Of a DNA stretch of 64,000 bases, positions 19,435 through 29,382 are shown piece by piece. The position numbers were made by a program, and so were the translations under genes. The notes beneath the pieces were generated by a model, which saw nothing but the letters and a program-made list of their open reading frames with translations, ran no database searches and was not told the DNA's origin. Source of the stretch: an uncultured Chloroflexia bacterium (GTDB lineage: Bacteria; Chloroflexota; Limnocylindria; Limnocylindrales; CSP1-4); assembly GCA_963720755.1 (NCBI GenBank), contig CAVRGP010000002.1, positions 224,001 to 288,000 on the forward strand, given 5' to 3'. Position 1 is the stretch's first letter. Every line of letters starts with the position of its first letter.

Positions 19435-19472
19435 AGGCCGTGGTGTACCGCGTTTACCAGGGCCGAGCATGA
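19431..19472 (+). pseudogene. 13-codon vestige of an MDR oxidoreductase N-terminus (MKAVVYRVYQGRA)
   Basis: ATGA overlaps at both ends; resembles the starts [10 protein letters not shown] and MKAIVQDRYG of local paralogues. Confidence 0.55.
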
Positions 19473-20383
19473 ATGTCGTCGAAGTCAGCGAACTCAGAAA
19501 GCAGTACGGCAGTCACGTGGCGGTCGACGGCGTGTCCTTCGCTGTCGCCGACGGCGAGATCTTCGGCATCCTCGGCCCGAACGGCGCGGGCAAGACGACG
19601 ACCGTCGAAACGATCGCCGGTTTGCGCAAGCCCGACGGCGGGACGATCCGTGTGCTCGGCCTCGACCCGCAGAAGGATCGTGACCGGCTGCGCCCACTCG
19701 TCGGCGTTCAGCTCCAGGAGAGCGAGCTGCCCGACCGCATGACCGCGGCCGAGGCGGTCGAGATGTTCGCGTCGTTCTATGCCGACCCGGAGGATCCGAC
19801 AAGGCTGATGGGCGACCTTGGACTGACCGAGAAGCGCCAGACGGAATACCGCAATCTGTCTGGCGGTCAGAAGCAGCGCCTCTCGATCGCACTGGCCCTC
19901 GTCGGCAAGCCGAAGGTCGCGATCCTCGATGAGCTGACGACGGGCCTCGACCCGCAGGCGCGCCGCGAGACGTGGCAGGTCATCGAGTCGATCCGCGAAC
20001 GGGGCGTCACCGTGCTCCTCGTCACGCACTTCATGGAGGAGGCGGAGCACCTCGCGGATCGCGTCGCGATCATCGACAGTGGCCGGATCGTCGCGATCGA
20101 CACGCCCGCCGGGATCATCTCGCGTCTCGACGCCGAGCAGACGCTCCGCTTCCGCCCGTCGGTGCCGATCGAGGATCGGCTGCTGACCGACCTTCCGGAG
20201 GTGAATGAGGTCAAGCGGGCAGGCCCCGTCGTCGCGGTCACCGGTACCGGCAACCTCATCCACGCCGTGACATCGGTCCTGGCTCAACACGGGGTCGTGG
20301 CCAACGACCTCCGGGTCGAGCAGGCCAACCTGGACGATGCGTACCTCGCCCTGACGGCCCGCACCGCAAAGGAGCTGGCATGA
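19469..20383 (+). CDS. ABC-2 exporter ATP-binding protein
   Basis: GPNGAGKTT, LSGGQKQ, ILDELTTGLDP, VTHFM. Confidence 0.95.
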   Translation: MNVVEVSELRKQYGSHVAVDGVSFAVADGEIFGILGPNGAGKTTTVETIAGLRKPDGGTIRVLGLDPQKDRDRLRPLVGVQLQESELPDRMTAAEAVEMFASFYADPEDPTRLMGDLGLTEKRQTEYRNLSGGQKQRLSIALALVGKPKVAILDELTTGLDPQARRETWQVIESIRERGVTVLLVTHFMEEAEHLADRVAIIDSGRIVAIDTPAGIISRLDAEQTLRFRPSVPIEDRLLTDLPEVNEVKRAGPVVAVTGTGNLIHAVTSVLAQHGVVANDLRVEQANLDDAYLALTARTAKELA

Positions 20384-21114
20384 ACGAGATGCGCGCCCTC
20401 ATCGTTGCCGAGACAAGGCTCCTCCTGCGCGAGCCGATCAGCTGGATCCTGTCGATCTTCCTTCCCACGACGATCCTGTTGGTCTTCGGCGTGATCCTCG
20501 CGCCTCACCGCCCGGATCCGATGTTCGGGGGCCTGCGGTTCATCGACGTGTTCGCCCCGTCGCTGGTCGTGATCGCCATGGCGATCCTCGCCCTCCAGAT
20601 CCTGCCGGTTCGCCTGACGACCTACCGTGAGCGGGGCATCCTGCGTCGCTTCTCGACGACGCCGGTCCACCCCAGGCGGCTGTTAGTCGCCCAGCTCGTC
20701 GTTTACTCGGTGACGGCGACCCTCGGCGTGGTCCTGCTGATCGTCGTCGGCAACCTCGCGTTCGACATCCGGATCCCGGCAGATCCGATCGGCTTCGTGG
20801 CCGCGTTCGGCGTCGGGATGGCGGGCCTCCTGGCGGTCGGGCTGCTGCTGGCCGCGGTCGCGCCGTCGACCGGCGTCGCCACGGCCGTCGGGGTCCTGAC
20901 GTTCATGGTCGTGCTTCTGCTGGGCGGCGTCTACGTCCCCCGGGCGATCCTGCCCGAGACGCTCATCAGGATCGGCGAGTTCACGCCACCAGGCGTCCAG
21001 GGGCTCCAGGACGCATGGGTGGGTGCGTCTCCGCAGCTCCTGCCGCTGGCCGTGCTGGCTGTTCTGGCCGTCGTCCTTGGCGCGATCGCCAGCCGCACGT
21101 TCCGCTGGGAGTGA
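20380..21114 (+). CDS. ABC-2 permease
   Basis: YRERGILRRFSTTP, 6 TM helices, FRWE C-terminus; ATGA overlap. Confidence 0.92.
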   Translation: MNEMRALIVAETRLLLREPISWILSIFLPTTILLVFGVILAPHRPDPMFGGLRFIDVFAPSLVVIAMAILALQILPVRLTTYRERGILRRFSTTPVHPRRLLVAQLVVYSVTATLGVVLLIVVGNLAFDIRIPADPIGFVAAFGVGMAGLLAVGLLLAAVAPSTGVATAVGVLTFMVVLLLGGVYVPRAILPETLIRIGEFTPPGVQGLQDAWVGASPQLLPLAVLAVLAVVLGAIASRTFRWE

Positions 21115-21264
21115 CCGCTCGCATCGGCGCGAATGGACGCAGGCCCGGCGCCACGAGCGAATAGGCGTCCATCACCCTCTCCCGGCTCAGGGACACCGTT
21201 ACACCGTCCAGACGCAGGGGTCCGGGATCGCTCGGGCCGACCAGCAGGAAGCAAGGAGAAGCCT

Positions 21265-22278
21265 ATGACCGCCACGGTGACAGACCAGATCACGATGAAG
21301 GCGATCGTCCAGGATCGGTACGGCTCGGCAGATGTCCTGGAGCTGCGCGACGTCGAAAAGCCCGGGATCGGCGACGACGAGGTGCTCGTCCGGGTTCACG
21401 CAGCCGGCGTCCACGCCGGCGACTGGCACCTCATGGCGGGGCTGCCGTACCTCATCCGCATGGGGTTCGGGCTGCGCGCGCCCAAGCAACCTGTCCGGGG
21501 CACGGACGTCGCAGGGACGGTCGAGGCGGTCGGCAAGGACGTGACCAGGTTCCAGCCCGGTGATGCGGTCTTCGGCATCGGGGCCGGCGCGTTCGCCGAA
21601 TTCACGATCGCTCGACAGGACAAGCTCGCGCCGATGCCCGCCAACGTCAGCTTCGATGCGGCCGCGACGGTCCCCACCTCCGGGTCGACGGCGCTGCAGG
21701 GGCTTCGCGACGTGGGAAAGCTGCAGCCGGGGCAGAAGGCACTGATCATCGGCGCGGCGGGAGGCGTGGGATCGTTCGCCGTGCAGATCGCCAAGGCTCT
21801 CGGAGCCCACGTCACCGGCGTCTGCAGCACGACGAAGGTGGACCTGGTCCGGTCGATCGGCGCGGATGAGGTCATCGACTACACGCAAGAGGATCTTGTC
21901 GAGGGCGGGCAGCGCTTCGACCTCATCTTCGATACCGCCGGAGGCCGTTCCCTCTCCCAGCTGCGGCGTGCCCTGGCGCCAAAGGGGACGCTCGTGATCG
22001 TGGGAGCCGAAGGGGGCGACCGGTGGATCGGTGGGATCGATCGACAGCTCCGGGCCACGATATTGTCGCCGTTCGTAGGCCAGAAGCTGGGTACGTTCTT
22101 GTCGAAGGAGAACAACGAGGACCTGCACGTCCTGAAGGCATTGATCGAGTCGGGAAAGGTCACGCCGGTCATCGATCGGATCTACCCGCTGGACGAGGTT
22201 CCCGAGGCCATCCGGTACCTGCACGAGGGCCACGCGCGGGGCAAGATCGTGATCGGCCTTGACCGTGCGACGGCCTGA
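21265..22278 (+). CDS. NAD(P)-dependent MDR oxidoreductase, paralogue 3
   Basis: AAGGAG RBS; GTDVAG, GAAGGVG, GHARGKIV. Confidence 0.92.
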   Translation: MTATVTDQITMKAIVQDRYGSADVLELRDVEKPGIGDDEVLVRVHAAGVHAGDWHLMAGLPYLIRMGFGLRAPKQPVRGTDVAGTVEAVGKDVTRFQPGDAVFGIGAGAFAEFTIARQDKLAPMPANVSFDAAATVPTSGSTALQGLRDVGKLQPGQKALIIGAAGGVGSFAVQIAKALGAHVTGVCSTTKVDLVRSIGADEVIDYTQEDLVEGGQRFDLIFDTAGGRSLSQLRRALAPKGTLVIVGAEGGDRWIGGIDRQLRATILSPFVGQKLGTFLSKENNEDLHVLKALIESGKVTPVIDRIYPLDEVPEAIRYLHEGHARGKIVIGLDRATA

Positions 22279-22344
22279 CGAGGTGGACGCCGTGGCCCTT
22301 CGACCGGTCGTTGCGCAGGCGAGGAACTCAGGGAGGATGGACAC

Positions 22345-22503
22345 GTGCAGAAGAAGCGATTGAACCAGGGGGCGTGCATCGCCCTCGGTGCTGGGATCGG
22401 CGCCGCAATCGGGAACGCTATCGGCAACGTCGGCGTTGGCATCGCCGTGGGTATCGCCATCGGTGCTGCCATCGGAGCCAAGTTGCCGGGCGCTGAGGGC
22501 TAG
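22345..22503 (+). CDS. Glycine-zipper membrane micro-protein, copy 2
   Basis: GGAGG then GTG; VQKKRLNQGACIALGAGIGAAIGNAIGNVGVGIAVGIAIGAAIGAKLPGAEG*; 132/135 nt identical to 16252-16386; not listed in the ORF track. Confidence 0.72.
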   Translation: MQKKRLNQGACIALGAGIGAAIGNAIGNVGVGIAVGIAIGAAIGAKLPGAEG

Positions 22504-23477
22504 ATGAAAGCGATCCGCCGGGACAGGTACGGCCCGCCCGACATCCTGGAACTCGACGAAATCGAGAAGCCCGTCCCGGGGGCCGACGAGGTCCTGGTCC
22601 GTGTCCGGGCGTCATCCCTGAACCAGGCCGACCTGGATTACCTCCTGGGCAAGCCATTCCTGACGCGGATGGGCACCGGGCTCCGGACGCCCAGGAACCT
22701 TGGCCTGGGTCTGGATGTGGCCGGGCAGGTCGAGGCGGTCGGCCCCGACGTGACCGCGTTTCAGCCGGGTGACGAGGTGTTCGGGGACCTGACCGCGTTC
22801 GGCTATGGGGCCTTCGCCGAGTACGCGTGCGCCCCGGAGCACGCCTGGGCACGGATGCCCGCCAGCCTGACTTTCGAGGAAGCGGCGACCATCCCGCAGG
22901 CGGCAATCCTGGCCATCCAGGGTCTGAAGCGAGGGGAACAGATCGGGCCGGGAACCAGGGTGCTCGTCAACGGTGCGTCGGGCAACGTGGGGCCGTTCGC
23001 CGTCCAGATCGCGAAGGCCTTCGGGGCCCACGTGACGGGGGTCTGCAGCACCGCCAAGATGGACATGGTGCGAGGACTCGGCGCCGATGAGGTGATCGAC
23101 TACACGCGCGAGGACTACACCAGAAGTGGGCAGCGGTACGACTGGATCGTCGATGTCGCGGGCAACCGATCCATCCTGGATTGCCGGCGCGCGCTGAAGC
23201 CCGGGGGCGTCTACGCCATGGTCGGCGGTCCCACGAGCCGCATCTTTGGGGCGCTGGTTCTCGGGCCGCTGATCTCGCTGGCCGGCCGCAGGAAGATGGG
23301 TCTGATGATGTGGTGGAAGGTCTTCAAGAAGGAGGATGTCGCCCTTCTGGAAACGCTCATCGAAGCGGGCCAGATCAGGCCGGTCATCGACCGGCGGTAT
23401 CCGCTGGCGGGCGTTCCTGAAGCGCTCCGGTACCTGCAGGACGGCCAGGCCGCGGGAAGGTCGTCATCACAGGGTGA
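22504..23477 (+). CDS. NAD(P)-dependent MDR oxidoreductase, paralogue 4 (1-nt deletion near 23451)
   Basis: GLDVAG, GASGNVG; restoring one base gives GQARGKVVITG* ending in TGA at 23475-23477. Confidence 0.88.
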
Positions 23478-23961
23478 CGCGTCTTGCCCCGCCGACCATC
23501 GCCGGGCGGGTCGACGTGGGACGGGTCGATGGCGACAGGAAGCCTGTCCTGGATCCAAATCGAGCGCGGGGCGGAACCCGACCGACGCCGAGCTCCGAGC
23601 AGTGGGGCACAGGCCGTACGAGCGACGACGCGGCCGCCTGCATGCCCTGGTAGAGCCGCCCGTTCTCGATGGCCGTGGCCGCTTCGAAGGTGAGCGTCCG
23701 GGCGAGGAGGAGGTCGAAGAGTCGCCGCACCTCCACTCGCTCTGTCGCCTCATCCGGGCGTGCAGAGGCAGCTCCTTCGTCCTCTCGCCGGGTCGCGGGG
23801 TCCGTGTCGCCCACGTCTACTCGCAGCCCCGGCACCTTGCTCCGATCCTCGTTCATCGATTTCCGGGAGGAGCCGCTCGAAGATGGCCGCTCAGATGGGC
23901 AGCGTGGTCATGCCGGGCAAACCGGTCCACGGTGATGATCGGTCACTGGTCGATCAACGTC

Positions 23962-24018
23962 ATGACCGAGCGTCATCTGCCCGCGGGCTCAGGGCCTCAT
24001 CGCATGACGAACCGTCAT
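23962..24018. promoter_or_regulatory. Two ATGAC-N5-GTCAT palindromes upstream of the stress gene cluster
   Basis: ATGACCGAGCGTCAT (23962-23976) and ATGACGAACCGTCAT (24004-24018), 42 bp apart. Confidence 0.6.
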
Positions 24019-24130
24019 GACGTGGCGCCGCCCGGGGTGCCTACTGCAAACAGCGCACTGGCTGGCGAGTCGCCCGGCGGTTGTCATCAGACCCCGCTTC
24101 ACCGGATGCCGCAGGTAAGGGAGAAACGCC

Positions 24131-24550
24131 ATGGCCATCGATCAAGTCGACCAGAAGGTCGTCACCACCCAGGAACCCACGGTCTCGGGCCAGGAAACGG
24201 TGCAGACGGACAGCCGCCGCACCACCACGGCAGGCCCCGGGGGCGCCGAGCTCGCCAGCCGCATCGTGGTCCTCGTGTTCGGGCTGATCCAGATCGTCAT
24301 CGGGGCGCGTATCGTCCTGCTCCTGCTCGACGCGAGAGAGTCCAACGCCCTCGTTTCGGCAGTCCTCGATATCAGCCAGGTGTTCGTGGCGCCGTTCGAA
24401 GGGATCCTGCGAACGGACTCCCTCCATTCGGCGGGCTCCGTCCTCGACGTCACCGCCATCGTGGCTTTCGTCGGCTGGACGATCCTCGAACTGATCGTGC
24501 TCTGGGTCATCGGGATCTTCGCCCGCCGATCGACCGTAGCAACCGTCTGA
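24131..24550 (+). CDS. YggT-like membrane protein
   Basis: Thr-rich N-terminus, then RIVLLLL.A...N.LV..V..ISQVFVAPFEGI. Confidence 0.75.
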   Translation: MAIDQVDQKVVTTQEPTVSGQETVQTDSRRTTTAGPGGAELASRIVVLVFGLIQIVIGARIVLLLLDARESNALVSAVLDISQVFVAPFEGILRTDSLHSAGSVLDVTAIVAFVGWTILELIVLWVIGIFARRSTVATV

Positions 24551-24625
24551 CCGCAGCGGACCGGTGATCCTCCGCCATCTATGCGGCCCGTCCCGGACGG
24601 GCGCGACACGAAAGGAACAACTCCC

Positions 24626-24892
24626 ATGGGAATCATCGCCTGGATCGTCCTCGGCGCGCTCGCCGGGTTTATCGCCAATCTCATCATGGGCGGAGGCGAG
24701 GGCCTCATCATGATGATCATCCTCGGCATCGTCGGTGCCGTGGTCGGCGGCTTCATCGCAGGGTCCCTGCTCGGCATCGCCGACATCACGGGCTTAAACA
24801 TCGAGAGCCTTCTTGTCGCCGTGTTCGGCGCCATCGTCGTCATCTTCGTCGCGCGGCTCGTGCTCACGCGCGGCGCGAGCAGAGCCCTCTGA
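24626..24892 (+). CDS. GlsB/YeaQ/YmgE family stress-response membrane protein
   Basis: MGIIAWIVLG.LAG.IA..IM and LGIVGAVVGG. Confidence 0.9.
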   Translation: MGIIAWIVLGALAGFIANLIMGGGEGLIMMIILGIVGAVVGGFIAGSLLGIADITGLNIESLLVAVFGAIVVIFVARLVLTRGASRAL

Positions 24893-25074
24893 TGCCCGAC
24901 CAGCACGTCAAGGGTGCCGTCAATACCGTCAAGGGCACTGTCAACGAAGACGTCGGCAAGCTGACCGACGACAGGAAGCTCGAGGCGAAGGGCAAGGTGC
25001 AAAAGGTCGAGGGCAAGGCCCAGGGCAAGTTGGGCGACGTCCAGGACGCCATCCACAAGGACGACCACGACTGA
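24892..25074 (+). CDS. csbD: CsbD family stress protein
   Basis: KG.....KG.V.E.VGKLTDD..LEA.GK....GK.Q..LGD..DA, 60 aa. Confidence 0.88.
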   Translation: MPDQHVKGAVNTVKGTVNEDVGKLTDDRKLEAKGKVQKVEGKAQGKLGDVQDAIHKDDHD

Positions 25075-25246
25075 ACGCTTGCGCGTCGCCGAGCCCTGCG
25101 CCGGGTCGGGCTCTTCCCGTAACGCGCGACCCGCGGCCACAAGGCGCAGTCGCAAGACCATGCGTGCGTATCCTCATCCGTGTCGGGTGTCGTAACGCTA
25201 GAACGCCGCGCACCGTGAGCGCGCTACCTGCGGGGAGTCTTCTGAG

Positions 25247-26140
25247 ATGACGTTCAACAAGGGCGCAAGGCTCGATCCATCGCAGGTGGAAGACGTCCGC
25301 GGGTCGCGGATCGGCGGGCGTGGCTTGATGGTCGGCGGCGGCGGCGGGATCGGGATCGTCATCGCCCTCATGTGGGTGCCCTGGTGGCAGCCTGCAGACC
25401 GGCGAGACGGACGCGGCCTGGTCGACCAGACGATCGGCGGTGGCGTCGAGCAGCCTGGTCCTGCCGGCAGCGCCCTGGCGGCCGAGTGCCAGACGGGGGC
25501 CGACGCGAACGCCATCGAGGATTGCCGGATCGTCGGCTACGTCAACAGCATCCAGGCGTACTGGACCGATGAGTTCGCTGCCTCTGGGCGGCGATACGAT
25601 CTGGCCAGGACGCGCTTCTTCACCGACCAGATCAGCACCGGCTGCGGCATCGCGTCGTCCGCCAGCGGCCCGTTCTACTGTCCGCCCGACAAGTACGTCT
25701 ACATCGATCTCGGGTTCTTCGACGAGCTCCGCTCCACCTTCGGCGCCCAGGGGGGCCCGTTCGCCCAGGCGTACATCCTTGCCCACGAATACGGGCACCA
25801 CGTCCAGGATCTCCTTGGAACGCTATCGGGCGGGACGGGCCAGCAGGGAGCGACCGGGCAGTCGGTCCGGATCGAGCTCCAGGCCGACTGCTACGCCGGC
25901 GTCTGGGCGGGCAATGCGGCTGCCACAGGTTTCCTTGTGCCACTCACCGACGCCGAGATCGCCGATGCCCTCGATGCCGCGTCGGCCGTTGGCGATGACC
26001 GGATCCAGCAGGAGATGCAGGGCCAGGTCAACCCCGAGACCTGGACCCACGGCTCGTCCGCCCAGCGCCAGAAGTGGTTCACGGCCGGCTACCAGGTGGG
26101 ATCGCCGGAAGGTTGCGACACGTTTACCGGCAACCCATGA
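25247..26140 (+). CDS. Neutral zinc metallopeptidase (YpfJ-like)
   Basis: [33 protein letters not shown]. Confidence 0.92.
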   Translation: MTFNKGARLDPSQVEDVRGSRIGGRGLMVGGGGGIGIVIALMWVPWWQPADRRDGRGLVDQTIGGGVEQPGPAGSALAAECQTGADANAIEDCRIVGYVNSIQAYWTDEFAASGRRYDLARTRFFTDQISTGCGIASSASGPFYCPPDKYVYIDLGFFDELRSTFGAQGGPFAQAYILAHEYGHHVQDLLGTLSGGTGQQGATGQSVRIELQADCYAGVWAGNAAATGFLVPLTDAEIADALDAASAVGDDRIQQEMQGQVNPETWTHGSSAQRQKWFTAGYQVGSPEGCDTFTGNP

Positions 26141-26158
26141 TCTGGGGCGTGGACCGAT

Positions 26159-28114
26159 TTAGGTACTCGCCGTCCCCGGTTTCCAGGTGAAAGCGGGCGC
26201 CTCCTGCGTCGTCGGATCGGCCTCCTCCTCGTCGGCCTGTTCGGCGAACTGCGTTTCATACAGCTCGGCATACAGGCCGCCGGCAGCCAGCAATTCGGCG
26301 TGCCGGCCGCGCTCCACGATCCGCCCCTCCAGCAGGACCAGGATCTGGGCAGCTTCGCGAACCGTGGACAGCCGGTGTGCGATAACGAGTGACGTGCGGC
26401 CCACCAGCGCCGTCCGGAATGCCATCTGCACGGCGTGCTCAGACTCCGAATCCAGGTGGGCGGTCGCCTCATCGAGGACCACGATGTCCGGCGCCTTCAG
26501 GAGCAGGCGGGCGATGGCGATCCGCTGCTTCTCCCCGCCCGAGAACCTGAACCCACGGTCGCCCGCGATGGTGTTCAATCCATCGGGCAGCGAGTCGATG
26601 AGCGGCAGGATCTGCGCCGCCCGCAGGGCGCCCCTGATCTCCTCCTCGGTTGCATCGCTCTTCGCGTACATCAGGTTCTCGCGGATCGTCGTGTGGAACA
26701 GGTGCGCATCCTGGGTCACGACGCCGATCGCCTGTCGCAGCGACGGGAGGGTCGCGTCGCGGACGTCAACGTCGTTGATCCGGACCGCGCCGCCGGTCAC
26801 GTCGTAGAGGCGCGGCAACAGCGTGCTGATCGTCGTCTTGCCGGCTCCCGAGGGACCGACGAGCGCGATCATGTCGCCCGGTTGCGCAACGAAGCTGACG
26901 TCGTGCAGGACCTGCTGGGAGGGAGCCTGGTCGAGGATCGCAACCAATTCGAGCGACGCGAGGGAGATCTCGGCTGCTGACGGATAGCTGAAGTCAACGT
27001 GTTCGAATTCGACCTTCGCGGGGCCACGACGGATCGCCACCGCTTGGGGATTCTCCGTGACCATGGGCTTCAGGTCCAGGACCTCGAAGATCCGGTCGAA
27101 GGACACGAGGGCGGTGAGGATGTTGACCTGGACGTTCGAAAGCGCGGCAAGCGGTTGGTAGAGCCGACCGAGGTAGGCGCTGAGCGCCACCAGCGTTCCC
27201 AGCTGCAGCGTGCCCTGGGCCGCCAGGACGCCACCCCAGCCGTAGACGACCGCGGTGGTGAGCGACGCGGTCACCAGGAGTCCGGCGCCGAAGAACGCCA
27301 TGTACATCGCCCGGACCACGTTGATATCGCGGACCCGCCCGGCCTTCTCGTCGAACAGGCGGGTTTCCATGTCCGGCTGGCCGAACAGCTTGACCAGCAG
27401 CGCTCCGGCCACGTTGAAGCGCTCGCTCATCATCGACGTCATGTCCGAGTTCAGGTTGTAGCTCTCGAGCGTCAGCGCCTGGATGCGCTTGCCCATCCAC
27501 CGGACCGGGAGGAGGAAGAGCGGGAAGATCACGAGGGCCACGACCGTGATCTGCCAATTCAGCAGCAGCATCGCTATGAGGGTCACGATCACGGTGATCA
27601 CGTTGCCCACCACGGATGACAGCACGTTGGTGAACGCACCCTGGGCGTCCGACACGTCGTTGTTCAGGCGGCTGATAAGAGCCCCCGTCTGGGTGCGGCT
27701 GAAGAAGGCCAGCGGCATCGTCTGGAAATGCGCGAAGACCTTCGTGCGCATGTCGAACACGAGGCCCTGGCTGATCCGCGATGCGATCCACCGTTCGGTC
27801 AGCAGCAGGAGCGCGTCCATCACGGCGAACATGGCCAACACCACCGCCAGCGCGATCACGACCTGCGAATCCCCCGGGATGATGCCTTGGTCGATGATCC
27901 CTTTGTAGATGAGCGGCGTGAGCGCACCGATCCCCGCATCGATGCCGACCAGGATCAGAAACACCAGCAGCTTCCATCTGTACCGCGCGCCAAACGTGGC
28001 GATCCGACGGATGAGCCCGGGCGAGAGCTCCATGCTGGTCGGCGGGCCGTCGCGCCGAGGTTTGGCGCGCATGGACTTGAATCCGCCGCCCCGGAACCCG
28101 CCGGGCAGGCTCAC
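26159..28114 (-). CDS. ABC transporter, fused permease/ATP-binding (type IV exporter)
   Basis: N-terminal TM domain, GPSGAGKTT, FSGGEKQR, VVLDEATAHLD, IAHRLST. Confidence 0.95.
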   Translation of the reverse strand: MSLPGGFRGGGFKSMRAKPRRDGPPTSMELSPGLIRRIATFGARYRWKLLVFLILVGIDAGIGALTPLIYKGIIDQGIIPGDSQVVIALAVVLAMFAVMDALLLLTERWIASRISQGLVFDMRTKVFAHFQTMPLAFFSRTQTGALISRLNNDVSDAQGAFTNVLSSVVGNVITVIVTLIAMLLLNWQITVVALVIFPLFLLPVRWMGKRIQALTLESYNLNSDMTSMMSERFNVAGALLVKLFGQPDMETRLFDEKAGRVRDINVVRAMYMAFFGAGLLVTASLTTAVVYGWGGVLAAQGTLQLGTLVALSAYLGRLYQPLAALSNVQVNILTALVSFDRIFEVLDLKPMVTENPQAVAIRRGPAKVEFEHVDFSYPSAAEISLASLELVAILDQAPSQQVLHDVSFVAQPGDMIALVGPSGAGKTTISTLLPRLYDVTGGAVRINDVDVRDATLPSLRQAIGVVTQDAHLFHTTIRENLMYAKSDATEEEIRGALRAAQILPLIDSLPDGLNTIAGDRGFRFSGGEKQRIAIARLLLKAPDIVVLDEATAHLDSESEHAVQMAFRTALVGRTSLVIAHRLSTVREAAQILVLLEGRIVERGRHAELLAAGGLYAELYETQFAEQADEEEADPTTQEAPAFTWKPGTAST

Positions 28115-28437
28115 CGTCGGTCCCCGCCGCGATCCGCCCGTCGCCGAGTTGTGCCATGGGATGGGTCGGCCGGATCCGTCGCAAAGTCCAGCGAGGAGTC
28201 GGCCCCCGAGCGTGTGATGTTCATGACTCTTTCGTGCTGCACGTCCGCCGAGATCACCGAAGGACCGGCCGCGATGATACAGAGGTTGACGCGATGGGTG
28301 GGTTGGGCGCCACGCTGCCGATAGTCATCGGCCGGGACAGCATGATCTGCGCAGTCAAAGCTCAGGGATCGAAACCCGGCTGCCCGAGAAGGCCCTGACC
28401 GCGGCTTCCGCAGGTGTGAGCCGCTGACAGTCGGGCG

Positions 28438-29382
28438 TCAGTCAGCCGGCATCGCGAACAGGGCCGGGTCGCGCTGGTAGGCGCGTAGGAACGTGAAGAT
28501 GAAGCCCATCCGCTCCCGGTAGTCCTCCCAGTCCGGCGCGTCGCTGTCTGCGGCAGACGAAGGATCCTGCCCGAACCTGGCAGCCAGCCCACGGAGATCC
28601 GGGTCGTCCAGAACGACCAACTCCGGCGGGAACTGCGCACCGCCCAGATATGCCGGCGGGGGAACGTCGCGATCGAGCGCCAGCGACGCGTCCGGCAAGT
28701 GGATCCCCAGGTGGGCCGTCGCGATGACAGCTACGATCGATTTCCCCGGGATCGCGGCCTTGACGAAGGGGTCAGCCACCACCTGTTCGGCCGCCCCGAC
28801 CGACACGTTCGCGACGAGCATCCGCTGGGCTCGCCTCGCTGTCGAGTCCGGAGATGTGCTCCGGATCAGCAGCACGTCGGCGTACGCGGCGAATGCCTGC
28901 CTCAGGTCATCGCTGTCGCGCAGCTCGGGAGCGTCGGAAAGGGCCTCGAGGATCGCAGCCGCTTCGATCGGGTCGTGCCGGGCCGACGGATGATCGCGAA
29001 AGGCGACGATGAACCGGGCGAACGGCCGGCCGACGTCACCGAACACCGCGGCGTTACCACCGGCCACCGCCCGCTCGATCTCACGACCCAGGAACGGACG
29101 CGCAAGCCCGGGGATCGATTCGCCGCGGATCGCGCGGCCCGCCTCCGCGCTGGCCCATTGGCCGAACGTGAGCCAGTTTGCATCGGTGCGCCCGAGCAGC
29201 GTCGCGACCGCCTCGGAAAGCGCGTGGTACCCGCGGGTGATCGCGCGGTTCCGCTCGACGATGTCGGCCATCGCCACCACTCGCCCGATGGTGTCGAGAT
29301 CGAGGAACGGGTCATGCAGTGGATCGGCGCCCGGCACCTCGCCTCCCGTCGTCTGCGTGTCGGATCCAACGGCCCCAAGCAT
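28438..29382 (-). CDS. Conserved-looking hypothetical protein
   Basis: 314-aa ORF with GC3-rich codons; RN..IT..YH.LS, ANWLTFGQWAS..AG..IRGE and DW.DY.ERMGFI..FLR.YQ motifs; start uncertain. Confidence 0.7.
   Translation of the reverse strand: MLGAVGSDTQTTGGEVPGADPLHDPFLDLDTIGRVVAMADIVERNRAITRGYHALSEAVATLLGRTDANWLTFGQWASAEAGRAIRGESIPGLARPFLGREIERAVAGGNAAVFGDVGRPFARFIVAFRDHPSARHDPIEAAAILEALSDAPELRDSDDLRQAFAAYADVLLIRSTSPDSTARRAQRMLVANVSVGAAEQVVADPFVKAAIPGKSIVAVIATAHLGIHLPDASLALDRDVPPPAYLGGAQFPPELVVLDDPDLRGLAARFGQDPSSAADSDAPDWEDYRERMGFIFTFLRAYQRDPALFAMPAD

Noticed and set aside
23467-23856. Minus-strand ORF with a GAF-like tail (AATAIENGRLYQ)
   Set aside because: Only one short helix resembles GAF linkers and the rest is uninformative; at best a fragment
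22504-24567. 687-aa ORF as a novel MDR fusion protein
   Set aside because: A one-base deletion near 23451 causes readthrough; the extension is low-complexity and overlaps the real YggT-like gene in another frame
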